A DNA stretch of 64,000 nt from an uncultured bacterium. GTDB lineage: Bacteria; Armatimonadota; Hebobacteria; CAIYQO01. Location of the stretch: NCBI GenBank assembly GCA_964638715.1, contig CAZWZF010000008.1, positions 92,109 to 156,108 of the forward strand. The letters are read 5' to 3'. Under the pieces are notes generated by a model. It made no database searches, had not been told where the DNA came from, and saw only the letters and a list, made by a program, of their open reading frames with translations. This document shows, in pieces, positions 10,757-19,880 of this stretch. Within the stretch, counting starts at the first letter, position 1; the number at the start of each line of letters is the position of its first letter. The translations under genes were made by a program, and so were the position numbers.

Positions 10757-10779
10757 ATTTCGCGCAAGTTGCGCGAAAT
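10757..10779. promoter_or_regulatory. 23-nt palindrome ATTTCGCGCAA-G-TTGCGCGAAAT (11-bp arms). Candidate protein-binding site or tight hairpin.
   Basis: Read directly. Lies between the stop of 10827..13736 and the sulfatase remnant. No downstream T-run, so not a canonical intrinsic terminator. Confidence 0.4.
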
Positions 10780-10826
10780 CATAGGTAACTCCCCGCATCC
10801 GTATACAGATATCCATCATTGTCACC

Positions 10827-13736
10827 TTACTTGGACGCGTCAGGAATGAGAGCCTGATTGCTGAATCGGAAATCGCTCAAGCGTCCCTTAAATTCACAGG
10901 GCACTGACTTATTGTCGTGAAATGCCGTGATTGGGGAGCCAAAAAAATTATAAGTCATTCCACCAAGTCGTGGTGGCACATAGCTCCTCGGAATCTTGCG
11001 TGCAACCGTTTTGCCGACCAACGTACCATCCAGATAGAGGCTCAGTTTGTCGTTCTCGACCGTGTCGGTGGCGCCTGCGAGAACCAGCGTTACCTGATAC
11101 CACTTGTCCGGCTGAACCTCGCCAGATGTGATCCAACTTCCTCTCCCCGGCCATTCTGTGGCCCATGAACCAGCATAGATTTTGCCTTCGAAAAGGTAAA
11201 TATTCGTGCCCCACATATACGAACCGTCCGCATACAGCATCTGGCGCGGCAGGATGGAGGCCGCCTTGAAACGGAAGGAGATAGTCCGGTTGGCTACCCC
11301 CTTAGCGTCCATGACGGTGTCATTGTCCATGGCCAGCCAAACGCCTTCGTTCAACAGGGGATTCCCGGAGAACTCCAGCACAGGCCCACGATCGGGATCA
11401 GCTACAATTTTTCCTCCCGCAACCAGTGCCCGCGCCTTGGACCCGGCATTTGGAAGCTGGCTGTAGGTAGTGAGGATTTCACCATGCTGTCCCGCCCATC
11501 CCCATGGGCCTTTCCACTCGAACAATTGGGTCAATGGCAGGTTGTAGAGAAGTTCAGAGGCCGGTTTCTTGCCGACAAAGATCTCCTGTTGCCCAACCAC
11601 CTTTTGGCCGCTCTTCGTGATGCCAGTGGCAGTGACGAGATAAACTCCTTCCTTGGCAAAGGTAATTTTCACCGGCTCGAGTTTGTCCTGCTTGATTTCC
11701 CTGTCCTCGCCCCAGGTCCAGACAAATTCTGCAATGGGTTCCGCTGGCGGACAAGTGACTGCGGCATTTACGAGCACCTCGCGGCCGGCGGATACATATT
11801 TGTCCGCCAAGCTTAAAGCAATCTCCGCCGGACCTCCGGCGAGTAACGTCTTAACCGATCGGTCAGCCTCATTGACGACAAAGAACGATCCGCTCATCGG
11901 AACCGAATCGAGCTTCACATCGCCGAAGCCCGGCAACTGGACCTTCGTGTTGCCTACCGCGCCGAGAGGTGCGTGGGCGTAGATGAGCCAACTGCGTTTC
12001 GGTTGCTCACCTTTCATCAGGGCGACGGAAAATACTCGCAGAGAGGCGTTGTCCCAGGGGTCCTTGCCCGCTTCATACGGCGTCATCGCCTCAGGGAGCG
12101 CGTTTGCACGCAGTTCTGCCTCCGGCACCCAGGCTCCGCGGGAAGGGTTGGCATCGCAAGTCAACAGATACCACCGATCTATCGCCTTCCAGCTCTTCTT
12201 TTGCTCCTCGGTCCATTCGTCCCACTTCGCCGGACGGCGGGCCGACGGTTCAAAGCGGTTAGGCACCAGCTTGCCGAAGCGCCAGAATTCCCGCAGCACC
12301 GGATAGGCCCACGGACGGTCGACCATGGCCAGCGTGCGCTGCCAGGCGGCGTCCACATAGGCGTTGCGCCGGGAATCGCCGCGGAACTCAAAGTAGAGCT
12401 TCGGACGCATTACCCAGAGGCCGAATTGAAAAACCCCCTCATAACGGTTGAAATCCCAGCGCTGACCAGAAAGCGCATATTGCGCCGTCTTTGCCGGGTT
12501 TGAGACACCTTTACCCCTGGAACGCCAGATATTCGACACGGGGTCCCCGTCCCAAAAGATGGACGACCAGAAAAAGGATGGGTCTGCTTTGAGTATCCCC
12601 GTCTGAGTGGCAAACATGTTCATAGCATCATGTTGCAGACCGGTCGCGGCGAAATCGGTTTTTCCAGGTTGCCAGTCGTTGTCGTAGAACTCTGGCATGC
12701 CGCCGTCATGCGGTCTCCTGAGGTTGTTGTAGGCGACGAACCGTAGATTTTTACTCCAACTCGGCGAAACACAGGCGGCCCGCGCCGCGGCAAACATCGC
12801 CTGATAGCGTTCGTCATAGCCCTCGGCGGTCACTTTCGTCAGAAATGCCACATCGTGTGGCCCATGGCCATACTTCGCTAAAAACCTGTCCGACTTTGGA
12901 TCGACCTGAGCCTTGCCTGCTTCGTTGTTATCCAGAAAAATCACCAACGGCGGGTCGGGATAGATTTTCTGGATCTCGACCATCATCGGATTACTGAACC
13001 AGAAGGTCCCGAATTCCTGCCAAGGCTCGATTGGCCCGCAGGGGTCCATGGACGGGTTCTTCTCTGCAGCCTTGCCCTTGATCAGCAACCGTGGATCCTT
13101 TTCAGGCGCAATCGGCTCCCTGGTGACCTGGCTACGGCGCTGGACGAGGGTGAGCGGATAAGTAGCATAGTTCCAGCCGCGAAAGGCGATGGGCAACTTA
13201 TGATCACGGCAGAACTCCAAGGCCGGCCGCCATTGATCCAGCAAATCGTCGGCCTGCTTCTTGGCCTGGGTCAGACCGGGGTTGTTGCCGGGATTGGGTG
13301 CGGAATATGTCCGCGTCGCCAAGGACATCGTGTCGATGAAGGTTGGGATAACATGATGTCCCTTCTTAACCAACTCTACGAAGTAGTTTGGATCCCAGCC
13401 CAGCGGAGAATCTCCGGGATTCTTCGATAGCTTGGGCAAATCACACATCCAGTTTCCAGTCAGCGGCAGCGGACGACCCGCGGGATCGAGGTAGCTGATG
13501 TTGACCCACTGGCGCAAATCCTCCTCCGCGCCACTGCCTTTCTTTGCCGGAACAGAAGCCACGGTCGCCGGAGCCGCCGTTTTCCCCTTAATCAAGTCAT
13601 CCGGCGTCCAGTCTGCACCATAATGTGTTGCCGGATCAAACACCGTAACCTGACCCTGCGCTACAATAAAGCTCAGTAGAAACAGACAAATCATCATAAA
13701 GATTACCGACAGAATCTTCCCCATAAACTTTTTCAT
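10827..13736 (-). CDS. Large secreted protein (969 aa) with a C-terminal concanavalin-A-like/LamG-type lectin domain. Putative glycan-binding or processing protein.
   Basis: Signal peptide MKKFMGKILSVIFMMICLFLLSFIVAQG. C-terminal ...LYLDGTLVGK...GRLSDFRFSNQAL is typical of LamG/ConA-like jelly-rolls. Confidence 0.65.
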   Translation of the reverse strand: MKKFMGKILSVIFMMICLFLLSFIVAQGQVTVFDPATHYGADWTPDDLIKGKTAAPATVASVPAKKGSGAEEDLRQWVNISYLDPAGRPLPLTGNWMCDLPKLSKNPGDSPLGWDPNYFVELVKKGHHVIPTFIDTMSLATRTYSAPNPGNNPGLTQAKKQADDLLDQWRPALEFCRDHKLPIAFRGWNYATYPLTLVQRRSQVTREPIAPEKDPRLLIKGKAAEKNPSMDPCGPIEPWQEFGTFWFSNPMMVEIQKIYPDPPLVIFLDNNEAGKAQVDPKSDRFLAKYGHGPHDVAFLTKVTAEGYDERYQAMFAAARAACVSPSWSKNLRFVAYNNLRRPHDGGMPEFYDNDWQPGKTDFAATGLQHDAMNMFATQTGILKADPSFFWSSIFWDGDPVSNIWRSRGKGVSNPAKTAQYALSGQRWDFNRYEGVFQFGLWVMRPKLYFEFRGDSRRNAYVDAAWQRTLAMVDRPWAYPVLREFWRFGKLVPNRFEPSARRPAKWDEWTEEQKKSWKAIDRWYLLTCDANPSRGAWVPEAELRANALPEAMTPYEAGKDPWDNASLRVFSVALMKGEQPKRSWLIYAHAPLGAVGNTKVQLPGFGDVKLDSVPMSGSFFVVNEADRSVKTLLAGGPAEIALSLADKYVSAGREVLVNAAVTCPPAEPIAEFVWTWGEDREIKQDKLEPVKITFAKEGVYLVTATGITKSGQKVVGQQEIFVGKKPASELLYNLPLTQLFEWKGPWGWAGQHGEILTTYSQLPNAGSKARALVAGGKIVADPDRGPVLEFSGNPLLNEGVWLAMDNDTVMDAKGVANRTISFRFKAASILPRQMLYADGSYMWGTNIYLFEGKIYAGSWATEWPGRGSWITSGEVQPDKWYQVTLVLAGATDTVENDKLSLYLDGTLVGKTVARKIPRSYVPPRLGGMTYNFFGSPITAFHDNKSVPCEFKGRLSDFRFSNQALIPDASK

Positions 13737-14236
13737 AATTTTTCTCCATTATAGATATGATGCAAACGGAGCATATCTTGTATAACCATTGCAGGAATGG
13801 TACCTATCAATTAAAGCTTGATAAAGTTACCATATCAGATTATTTAGTTAGACTGTATCAGCAAAAATAATTTTTACTGTACTTCAAGATATCCCAAAAT
13901 TCTAACTCATGCCCCGAATGAATTCCATGTTCTGGAATAACTCAAAATAGTTGTGGACCCATTTTCATAATGGTAATTATCGGTTACCATCTAAATAACG
14001 AATCCTGCCTTTTCCACATCTGTAGCCAAATGCCATTGCCATGGCTCAATTTTCCCTAAGCTACACAAAAAAAGACGTACCGTGCAAATCATTCCACGCA
14101 GGCATACAAAATGCTGAGGGAAATAGTTCTCGTAATGCGCACCCGGACGCTGTCACGCCCCAGACCTCAACCCGGTGCATTTCATGGGCGTGTTGCCGGT
14201 GAATGATGTTGTCGCGAATAATAGTGTCTTGCATCA

Positions 14237-15670
14237 TTAGTTCTCCAATATGCTGGGGGATTCTTTCCACTCCGGATTAGGTTGCGGGATTTTGGCTTCG
14301 ACGCGTTGCCGCCAGGCGACAAGTCGTGCGTGCAGGCGACCCGCGATTTCAGGCTGCTCCGCCGCCAGGTTGCGTGTCTCGCCGAGGTCCCCACTCAGGT
14401 CATATAGTTCTAAACTGCCATCTTCAAAGAACTCGATGAGCTTCCAGTCGCCCTCACGGATGGAGCACCCCGGGGTGCCGCCCTGATTGCCGTAGTGCGG
14501 GTAGTGCCAAAACAGCGGGCCGCGGTTGAAATCGGCCGCGCCGCCCAGCGCCGGCAGGAAGCTAACTCCGTCCACATGTTGCTCGGGACGCAGTGGCAGA
14601 CCGGCCGCCTCGAGCAAAGTTGGGTAGAGATCAGGACTGGTGATAGGCGTACGGCAAACCGAGTCCGGCGACACCCGTCCGGGCCAGCGGACGAGATAAG
14701 GTTCGCGGGTGCCGCCATCGTACATCCAGCCTTTGCCCGCTTGCAACGGCAGATTGCACGTCGGGGCGCTTTCGCCCTCCCAATAGCCGCCGGTGGCTAA
14801 CCCGCCATTGTCGGACGTGAATATGACAAGCGTATTCGCCGCCTGGCCAGTATCCTCCAGCGCCTCTAATACGCGCCCGATATTGGTGTCCAGGTTCTCC
14901 ATCATTGCCGCGTACGTGAGGTCAGACTGCAGCATCCGATGTTTGACGACCGCGTCACGCATGCGTTCGGTATGAAAAGTCTCGCCATCGCGAAGGGGGT
15001 CGATCCGCTCCAGTCCCAGTCGTTTAGCTTTAGCCTCGTATTTTTTCACCAGTTCCGGCGGCGCTTGAATCGGTGTATGCACGGCGTAATGCGAAAGATG
15101 CAGAAAAAAAGGACGCTCATCTGATTGGCGGATCAGATCAATCGCGGTATCTGTAAGATGGTCAGTCAGATAAGTACCCGGTGCGGCGTCCGCCATTCCG
15201 GGAATGCTCCACGGACTGAAATATCCCTTCTGGGGCATCCCCCATTCACAACCGCCAACGTTTACTTCAAAGCCATAATCAGTAGGATAATGTCCCGGTC
15301 CACCCAGATGCCACTTGCCGACATGCCATGTCCGGTATCCCCCCTCGCGCAACGCTTGCGCAACCGTAACTTCAGAACATGGCAGTCCTTTCAGATATGG
15401 CACCTCGATTAGCCGCCCCCGCTGGGGATGCCACTGTCCGGTCCAATCAATCCAATCGGTGATGCCTACAGTGGCTGGATATTTCCCGGTTAACAGGCTT
15501 GCGCGGGTTGGCGAACATACCGGACATGACGCATAGGCGTCGGTGAACCGCATTCCCTCCGCAGCCAGGCGATCCAGATTCGGTGTCTCGTAGAAGGTGC
15601 TCCCGTAACAGGTCAAATCCCGCCAGCCCAAATCGTCAATCAGGATAAAAAGGATATTCGGTTTATTCAT
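14237..15670 (-). CDS. Sulfatase (S1 family, Cys-type), no signal peptide.
   Basis: NILFILIDDLGWRD...CPVCSPTRASLLTGKYP, the canonical C-x-P-x-R formylglycine motif. Stop overlaps the downstream fucosidase start (ATGA). Confidence 0.92.
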   Translation of the reverse strand: MNKPNILFILIDDLGWRDLTCYGSTFYETPNLDRLAAEGMRFTDAYASCPVCSPTRASLLTGKYPATVGITDWIDWTGQWHPQRGRLIEVPYLKGLPCSEVTVAQALREGGYRTWHVGKWHLGGPGHYPTDYGFEVNVGGCEWGMPQKGYFSPWSIPGMADAAPGTYLTDHLTDTAIDLIRQSDERPFFLHLSHYAVHTPIQAPPELVKKYEAKAKRLGLERIDPLRDGETFHTERMRDAVVKHRMLQSDLTYAAMMENLDTNIGRVLEALEDTGQAANTLVIFTSDNGGLATGGYWEGESAPTCNLPLQAGKGWMYDGGTREPYLVRWPGRVSPDSVCRTPITSPDLYPTLLEAAGLPLRPEQHVDGVSFLPALGGAADFNRGPLFWHYPHYGNQGGTPGCSIREGDWKLIEFFEDGSLELYDLSGDLGETRNLAAEQPEIAGRLHARLVAWRQRVEAKIPQPNPEWKESPSILEN

Positions 15671-16992
15671 ACTCTATGCCCCCATCCCGCCACAACCGCC
15701 GGTGTGGTCGGTAACCATTTGAAGACTGGCTCTGTCTCAAACTCCAGTTTATATACCACTACGCCGGCATTTGAATCCGGACAATCTACCGGTAAATTTA
15801 GCAACCGGATGCGATATCCCTCCTGCAGAAATTGAACTGGCTGACCGGTCGTCAGGCAGGTGACTTCCTTCAGCGAAGTTTCGTAACCTCCAAGCCCTTG
15901 TTCAGTACCGGCCCAGATTTTCCGCCAGAAATAGACAACATTAGCTTTACGGGAGACCAGCCCGCAATAGGACGGGAAACCACCGAAGGAATCGAGCTGC
16001 CCATACACCGCTTCGCCGTGACGCTCCAGCCAGCGACCAGTCACTTCAAGAGGCTTAATCACATCACTCGGTACGCTGCCGTCGGGAAGAGGGCCGATGT
16101 TGAGCACTAAATTGCCCTGTCCGGCACAGGCTTTGCCCAGCATCTTGACAATGTCGCGGCCGCTCCAGGAATCCACCTCCGCGCCGGTCATGTAACCCCA
16201 CGAGACATCATTGAAGGTCATGGCCGCTTCCCAGCCGCGGTCGCGGACGCTCGGTACCGGAGTAATGTGACCCTCCGGCGTGGAGAAATCTTCCAAGAGA
16301 TTGCCCGGCAACTGCGGGTCGCGATACGGATGGGGTTGCGACCGGTCGTTAATCAGGATGTGCGGCTGAAGCTCGCGCACCATTTGGTTCTGCGCATCCG
16401 CCCCCCAGGCCAGCGCCGTCTTGAGCACATCGGGCGAATCGTACCACAGGATATCGATCCGGCCGTAGTGGGTCATCAGCTCGCGCATGGACTCCAGGTT
16501 GAACTGCAGGAACCGTTGCCGCGCGGCTGTATCGTAGGCCATGGTGCCGCAATCGGGATGACGCAGGTCTTCCCATGGATAATAGAAGCCGACCCTCAAC
16601 CCCTCACCCCGGCAGGCGTCGACGAACTCGCGCACCAGATCGCGCCTGGGGCCGGTCTTGACGCTGTTGAAATCGGTCTGCTTCGTGTCCCACAGGCAGT
16701 AGCCCTCGGAATGCTTGGTGGTGAACACCATGTATTTCATGCCGGCCTTCTTGGCCAACTGAGCCCACTGGCACGCGCAGCCGGGTTGGGGCCGGAAGCC
16801 ATCCACCAGTTTCTCGTATTCCGCCCACGGGATGCACTCGGTCGCCACCGCCGATTCGTGCCGGCCGAGTACCGAGTACAACCCGAGATGGACGAACATC
16901 CCGAAACGCGCTTCCTTCCACCAGCGCATCCGTTCGGCCCGGGTGACGGTAGTCTCCTGCTCGTATTGCCAGCGTGGTTTCAAGGTGGTCAT
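15667..16992 (-). CDS. Alpha-L-fucosidase, glycoside hydrolase family 29.
   Basis: ARFGMFVHLGLYSV, the GH29 signature, and overall alpha-L-fucosidase-like sequence. The track ORF extends to 17136 through a GC-rich R/A/G leader. The internal ATG (MTTLKPRWQY) at 16992 abuts the upstream sulfatase stop. Confidence 0.85.
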   Translation of the reverse strand: MTTLKPRWQYEQETTVTRAERMRWWKEARFGMFVHLGLYSVLGRHESAVATECIPWAEYEKLVDGFRPQPGCACQWAQLAKKAGMKYMVFTTKHSEGYCLWDTKQTDFNSVKTGPRRDLVREFVDACRGEGLRVGFYYPWEDLRHPDCGTMAYDTAARQRFLQFNLESMRELMTHYGRIDILWYDSPDVLKTALAWGADAQNQMVRELQPHILINDRSQPHPYRDPQLPGNLLEDFSTPEGHITPVPSVRDRGWEAAMTFNDVSWGYMTGAEVDSWSGRDIVKMLGKACAGQGNLVLNIGPLPDGSVPSDVIKPLEVTGRWLERHGEAVYGQLDSFGGFPSYCGLVSRKANVVYFWRKIWAGTEQGLGGYETSLKEVTCLTTGQPVQFLQEGYRIRLLNLPVDCPDSNAGVVVYKLEFETEPVFKWLPTTPAVVAGWGHRV

Positions 16993-18386
16993 CAGAGGCT
17001 CCCTTCGTTGACCACAATCGCCTCCGCCGGCGGCCATTCGCCTTGCGGCGATGCGTCCTCCACGCGCTGCGACTTCGCGCCCGGCCACGGCTCGATGCGA
17101 CCGGTCACCAAGGGGTCGTTGGTCTTCACCATCCACGTCTGCAAGCGCTCGCGCATCTCCAGCAACGCGGCGGCGCAGTTCGGATCGCTAGCCCGATTAC
17201 AGGCTTCGTTGGGATCGAAGACCAGATCATACAGCTCCTCGGCGACCTGTGCGCGCGAGTCCCAGCCGGCCTTCCGCAAGAACGTCTTGCTGACGCTGTC
17301 ATCGCAGTTGGGCAATACCGGACCGGAGTGCGGGGCGAAGCGGCGAATGTAGTTGTAACGCGGCGTACGCACTGAGCGCATTGGCTCCGGCGCGGCATGC
17401 CAGTTAACCTCGGCGAACACGGTATCGCGCACATCGGTTTCCTGTCCGTCAACCAACGGAACCAGTGACGCGCCTTCCAGCCATTCAGGCGAGGGTAGTC
17501 CGACCGCCTCACAGAGCGTCGGGAACACATCAATGTGACTGGCGTAAGCATCCAAGACCTTGCCGCCGGTGAATGCGCCTGGACCGCGCAGCAACAGCAG
17601 CACGCCGGTGCCGTGGGCCGTCAAATTGCACTTCATAAGTGGATAGGCGATTCCGTGGTCAGTGGTGATCAAGACAAGAGTATTCTCCGCCAACCCAGCC
17701 TGCTCTAACGCCATCAGCACCCTACCATAACATTCGTCGAGTAACCGGGCTGCAACGTGGAAGTCGGCGAAATCACGGCGTGTTTCGGGTGTATCCGGCA
17801 GCGGCGCGGGCGGACGTACATAGCGCGCGTCGTCATCTGGGGCATGGTGGGATGTGTGCCACTGTTCCCCCATTCCTGTGCGATGGGTCAAGTCAAACCC
17901 GCAATCAAGGAAAAACGGTTTCGCCGGATCAGCATTGAGTAGATATTCTACCGCCGCTTGTGCATACCATTGATTCCATGCTTCAAAATCATTCGCCCAT
18001 TCCGGCCAACGCTCATGGGTGAGCGCCTGCTCGTAACCAAGTTCGTGGATTCCTTCAGGATTATGTTTCGCTGTCACATGCTGCACACCGGAAAGCGCGG
18101 TGGCATAACCCTGGCTTTTCAGGTAGCTGGCCAGATGTTTCGATGGATCGATGAGCTTGCCGCCATGATGCGCAAGGGCAGTCATGCCACACTGGTGCGG
18201 ATATTGTCCGGTCAGCAACGCCGCCCGGCTGGGTGAACAAGTCGGCGCGGCGCAGAAGGCCTGACGGAAGAGCACCCCCTCCTCAGCAAATTTTTGCAGA
18301 TGCGGCGTCTCAACCGCATAGCCGTAAGGCTGGATATAGCGGCCAGTGTCGTGCGAGTGCAGGTAAAGGATATTCAATGTTGGCAT
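16992..18386 (-). CDS. Sulfatase (S1 family, Cys-type), no signal peptide.
   Basis: NILYLHSHDTG...CAAPTCSPSRAALLTGQYPH. Confidence 0.92.
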   Translation of the reverse strand: MPTLNILYLHSHDTGRYIQPYGYAVETPHLQKFAEEGVLFRQAFCAAPTCSPSRAALLTGQYPHQCGMTALAHHGGKLIDPSKHLASYLKSQGYATALSGVQHVTAKHNPEGIHELGYEQALTHERWPEWANDFEAWNQWYAQAAVEYLLNADPAKPFFLDCGFDLTHRTGMGEQWHTSHHAPDDDARYVRPPAPLPDTPETRRDFADFHVAARLLDECYGRVLMALEQAGLAENTLVLITTDHGIAYPLMKCNLTAHGTGVLLLLRGPGAFTGGKVLDAYASHIDVFPTLCEAVGLPSPEWLEGASLVPLVDGQETDVRDTVFAEVNWHAAPEPMRSVRTPRYNYIRRFAPHSGPVLPNCDDSVSKTFLRKAGWDSRAQVAEELYDLVFDPNEACNRASDPNCAAALLEMRERLQTWMVKTNDPLVTGRIEPWPGAKSQRVEDASPQGEWPPAEAIVVNEGSL

Positions 18387-18407
18387 AAGTGGACTCCTGA
18401 ATAACAG

Positions 18408-19865
18408 TTATTTCACCGTCTTTTCGGCTGTACGTGCGCCGCGATCCGGGTAGTTATCGATAATGTCACCATGCCCGGTAGCACGGGGATCGCCTGTACG
18501 TACCAACTCAGCAGACAATTTCCGGTCGAGTTTTCGTTTTATTCCAGTATAGTGAAGTTTGTCAGCAAGATTTATCATTTGGTTCGGATCCCGGCGATTG
18601 TCATAGAGTTCTTCGGCAGGACGCAACCCGGCGTAAGCCTTCCACATAGGCGCCACCACTGGATCATCCTGGTGATTCATCATATAATTCAGTGCAGGTC
18701 CTCCATCGGCAGCCGCTGGCGAAAGTTCTGGTTTGTAATTCCGTATATAGAGGAAATCGCGGGTATGCAATGCGCGGCAAGGATATAGGCTGCCGCCATG
18801 CCGTTCACGGACGACAATAGTATGGTCACACTCTGAATCCACTATACCTTTCTTACCCGACTTCAATATTCTTAGCAGACTGTGTCCTGTCATATCTGTG
18901 GGGATAGGCAATCCAGCCGCAGCCAAAAAGGTTGGCGCTAAATCGCAAAGACTGACAAAGTCGTCTATTACACGTCCCGATTTAATATGTTTACCCCACC
19001 GAATTGCCATCGGCATGCGAGTGCCACTGTCATAAAGATTGCACTTAGCACGCGGGAACGGCATACCATTATCACTGGTCACCACAATCAATGTGTCGTC
19101 AAGGCGACCACTTTTCTCCAGAATATTAAGAGTCGCGCCAAGTTCAGTATCGAACGCCTGAACTTCAGCATAGTAATCCGCCAGGTCTCCGCGCACTTCG
19201 GAGGTATCGGGCAAAAAGGGCGGAACAGGCACAGTTTTCTCGTCAACAGTTCCTTTCAACCAATGTTGATTGTAGGGTCGGTGTGGATTGTTGCTGCCGA
19301 ACCAATAACAGAATGGCGTCTCAGCGGGTAACGCTCCCAGAAATCCCGCAAAATCCTGTGCGGGTGGTCCGGCCGGGTTGCGAGTGCGTCCACCGAGACG
19401 AAAATCACCAGGACCAAGCCCTTTATCTTTCACACCGACGGCATAGCCGGCAGTCTCAAGCAGATCGGGATAAACTGCGAACTTCTTATCGAGAGGCCCG
19501 TTGAGATTTACAGCTTCCTCCAATCGGTAGGGATATTGCCCGGTGAGGATACCGGCACGGGACGCGGTACAGGTAGGCGCGGCGCAGTAGGCATTCCTGA
19601 ACAGCACCCCTTCGCGCGCAATGCGATCGAAGTTAGGGGTCTTTACCGCCGGATCGCCCAAACAGGATGCATGCCCCCATCCCCAATCATCGGCAATAAT
19701 CAGTATTATATTGGGACGTTTTGGTGTTGCCGTAATAGCCCATAATGCACGGGGTAACGCCATAGCGGCGAGACCAATACCAACTACTTTCAAAAAATCA
19801 CGGCGTGTTAAAGAATTATTCATTATATTCATGTTATCTAATACAAACTTACTATTATGTTTCAT
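18408..19865 (-). CDS. Sulfatase (S1 family) with twin-arginine (Tat) signal peptide.
   Basis: SLTRRDFLKVVGIGLAAMALP (Tat motif) then NIILIIADDWGWGH...CAAPTCTASRAGILTGQYP. Intermediate GC content. The true start may be the internal MNIMNN. Confidence 0.9.
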   Translation of the reverse strand: MKHNSKFVLDNMNIMNNSLTRRDFLKVVGIGLAAMALPRALWAITATPKRPNIILIIADDWGWGHASCLGDPAVKTPNFDRIAREGVLFRNAYCAAPTCTASRAGILTGQYPYRLEEAVNLNGPLDKKFAVYPDLLETAGYAVGVKDKGLGPGDFRLGGRTRNPAGPPAQDFAGFLGALPAETPFCYWFGSNNPHRPYNQHWLKGTVDEKTVPVPPFLPDTSEVRGDLADYYAEVQAFDTELGATLNILEKSGRLDDTLIVVTSDNGMPFPRAKCNLYDSGTRMPMAIRWGKHIKSGRVIDDFVSLCDLAPTFLAAAGLPIPTDMTGHSLLRILKSGKKGIVDSECDHTIVVRERHGGSLYPCRALHTRDFLYIRNYKPELSPAAADGGPALNYMMNHQDDPVVAPMWKAYAGLRPAEELYDNRRDPNQMINLADKLHYTGIKRKLDRKLSAELVRTGDPRATGHGDIIDNYPDRGARTAEKTVK

Positions 19866-19880
19866 AAATATATCTCTTTT

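Noticed and set aside
14061-14270. 69-aa minus-strand ORF in the intergenic region upstream of 10827..13736
   Set aside because: Short, no motifs, overlaps the sulfatase stop. More likely promoter-region noise.
16267-17352. 361-aa plus-strand ORF spanning the fucosidase/sulfatase junction
   Set aside because: GC-rich antisense frame. Both overlapped minus-strand genes have strong family signatures.
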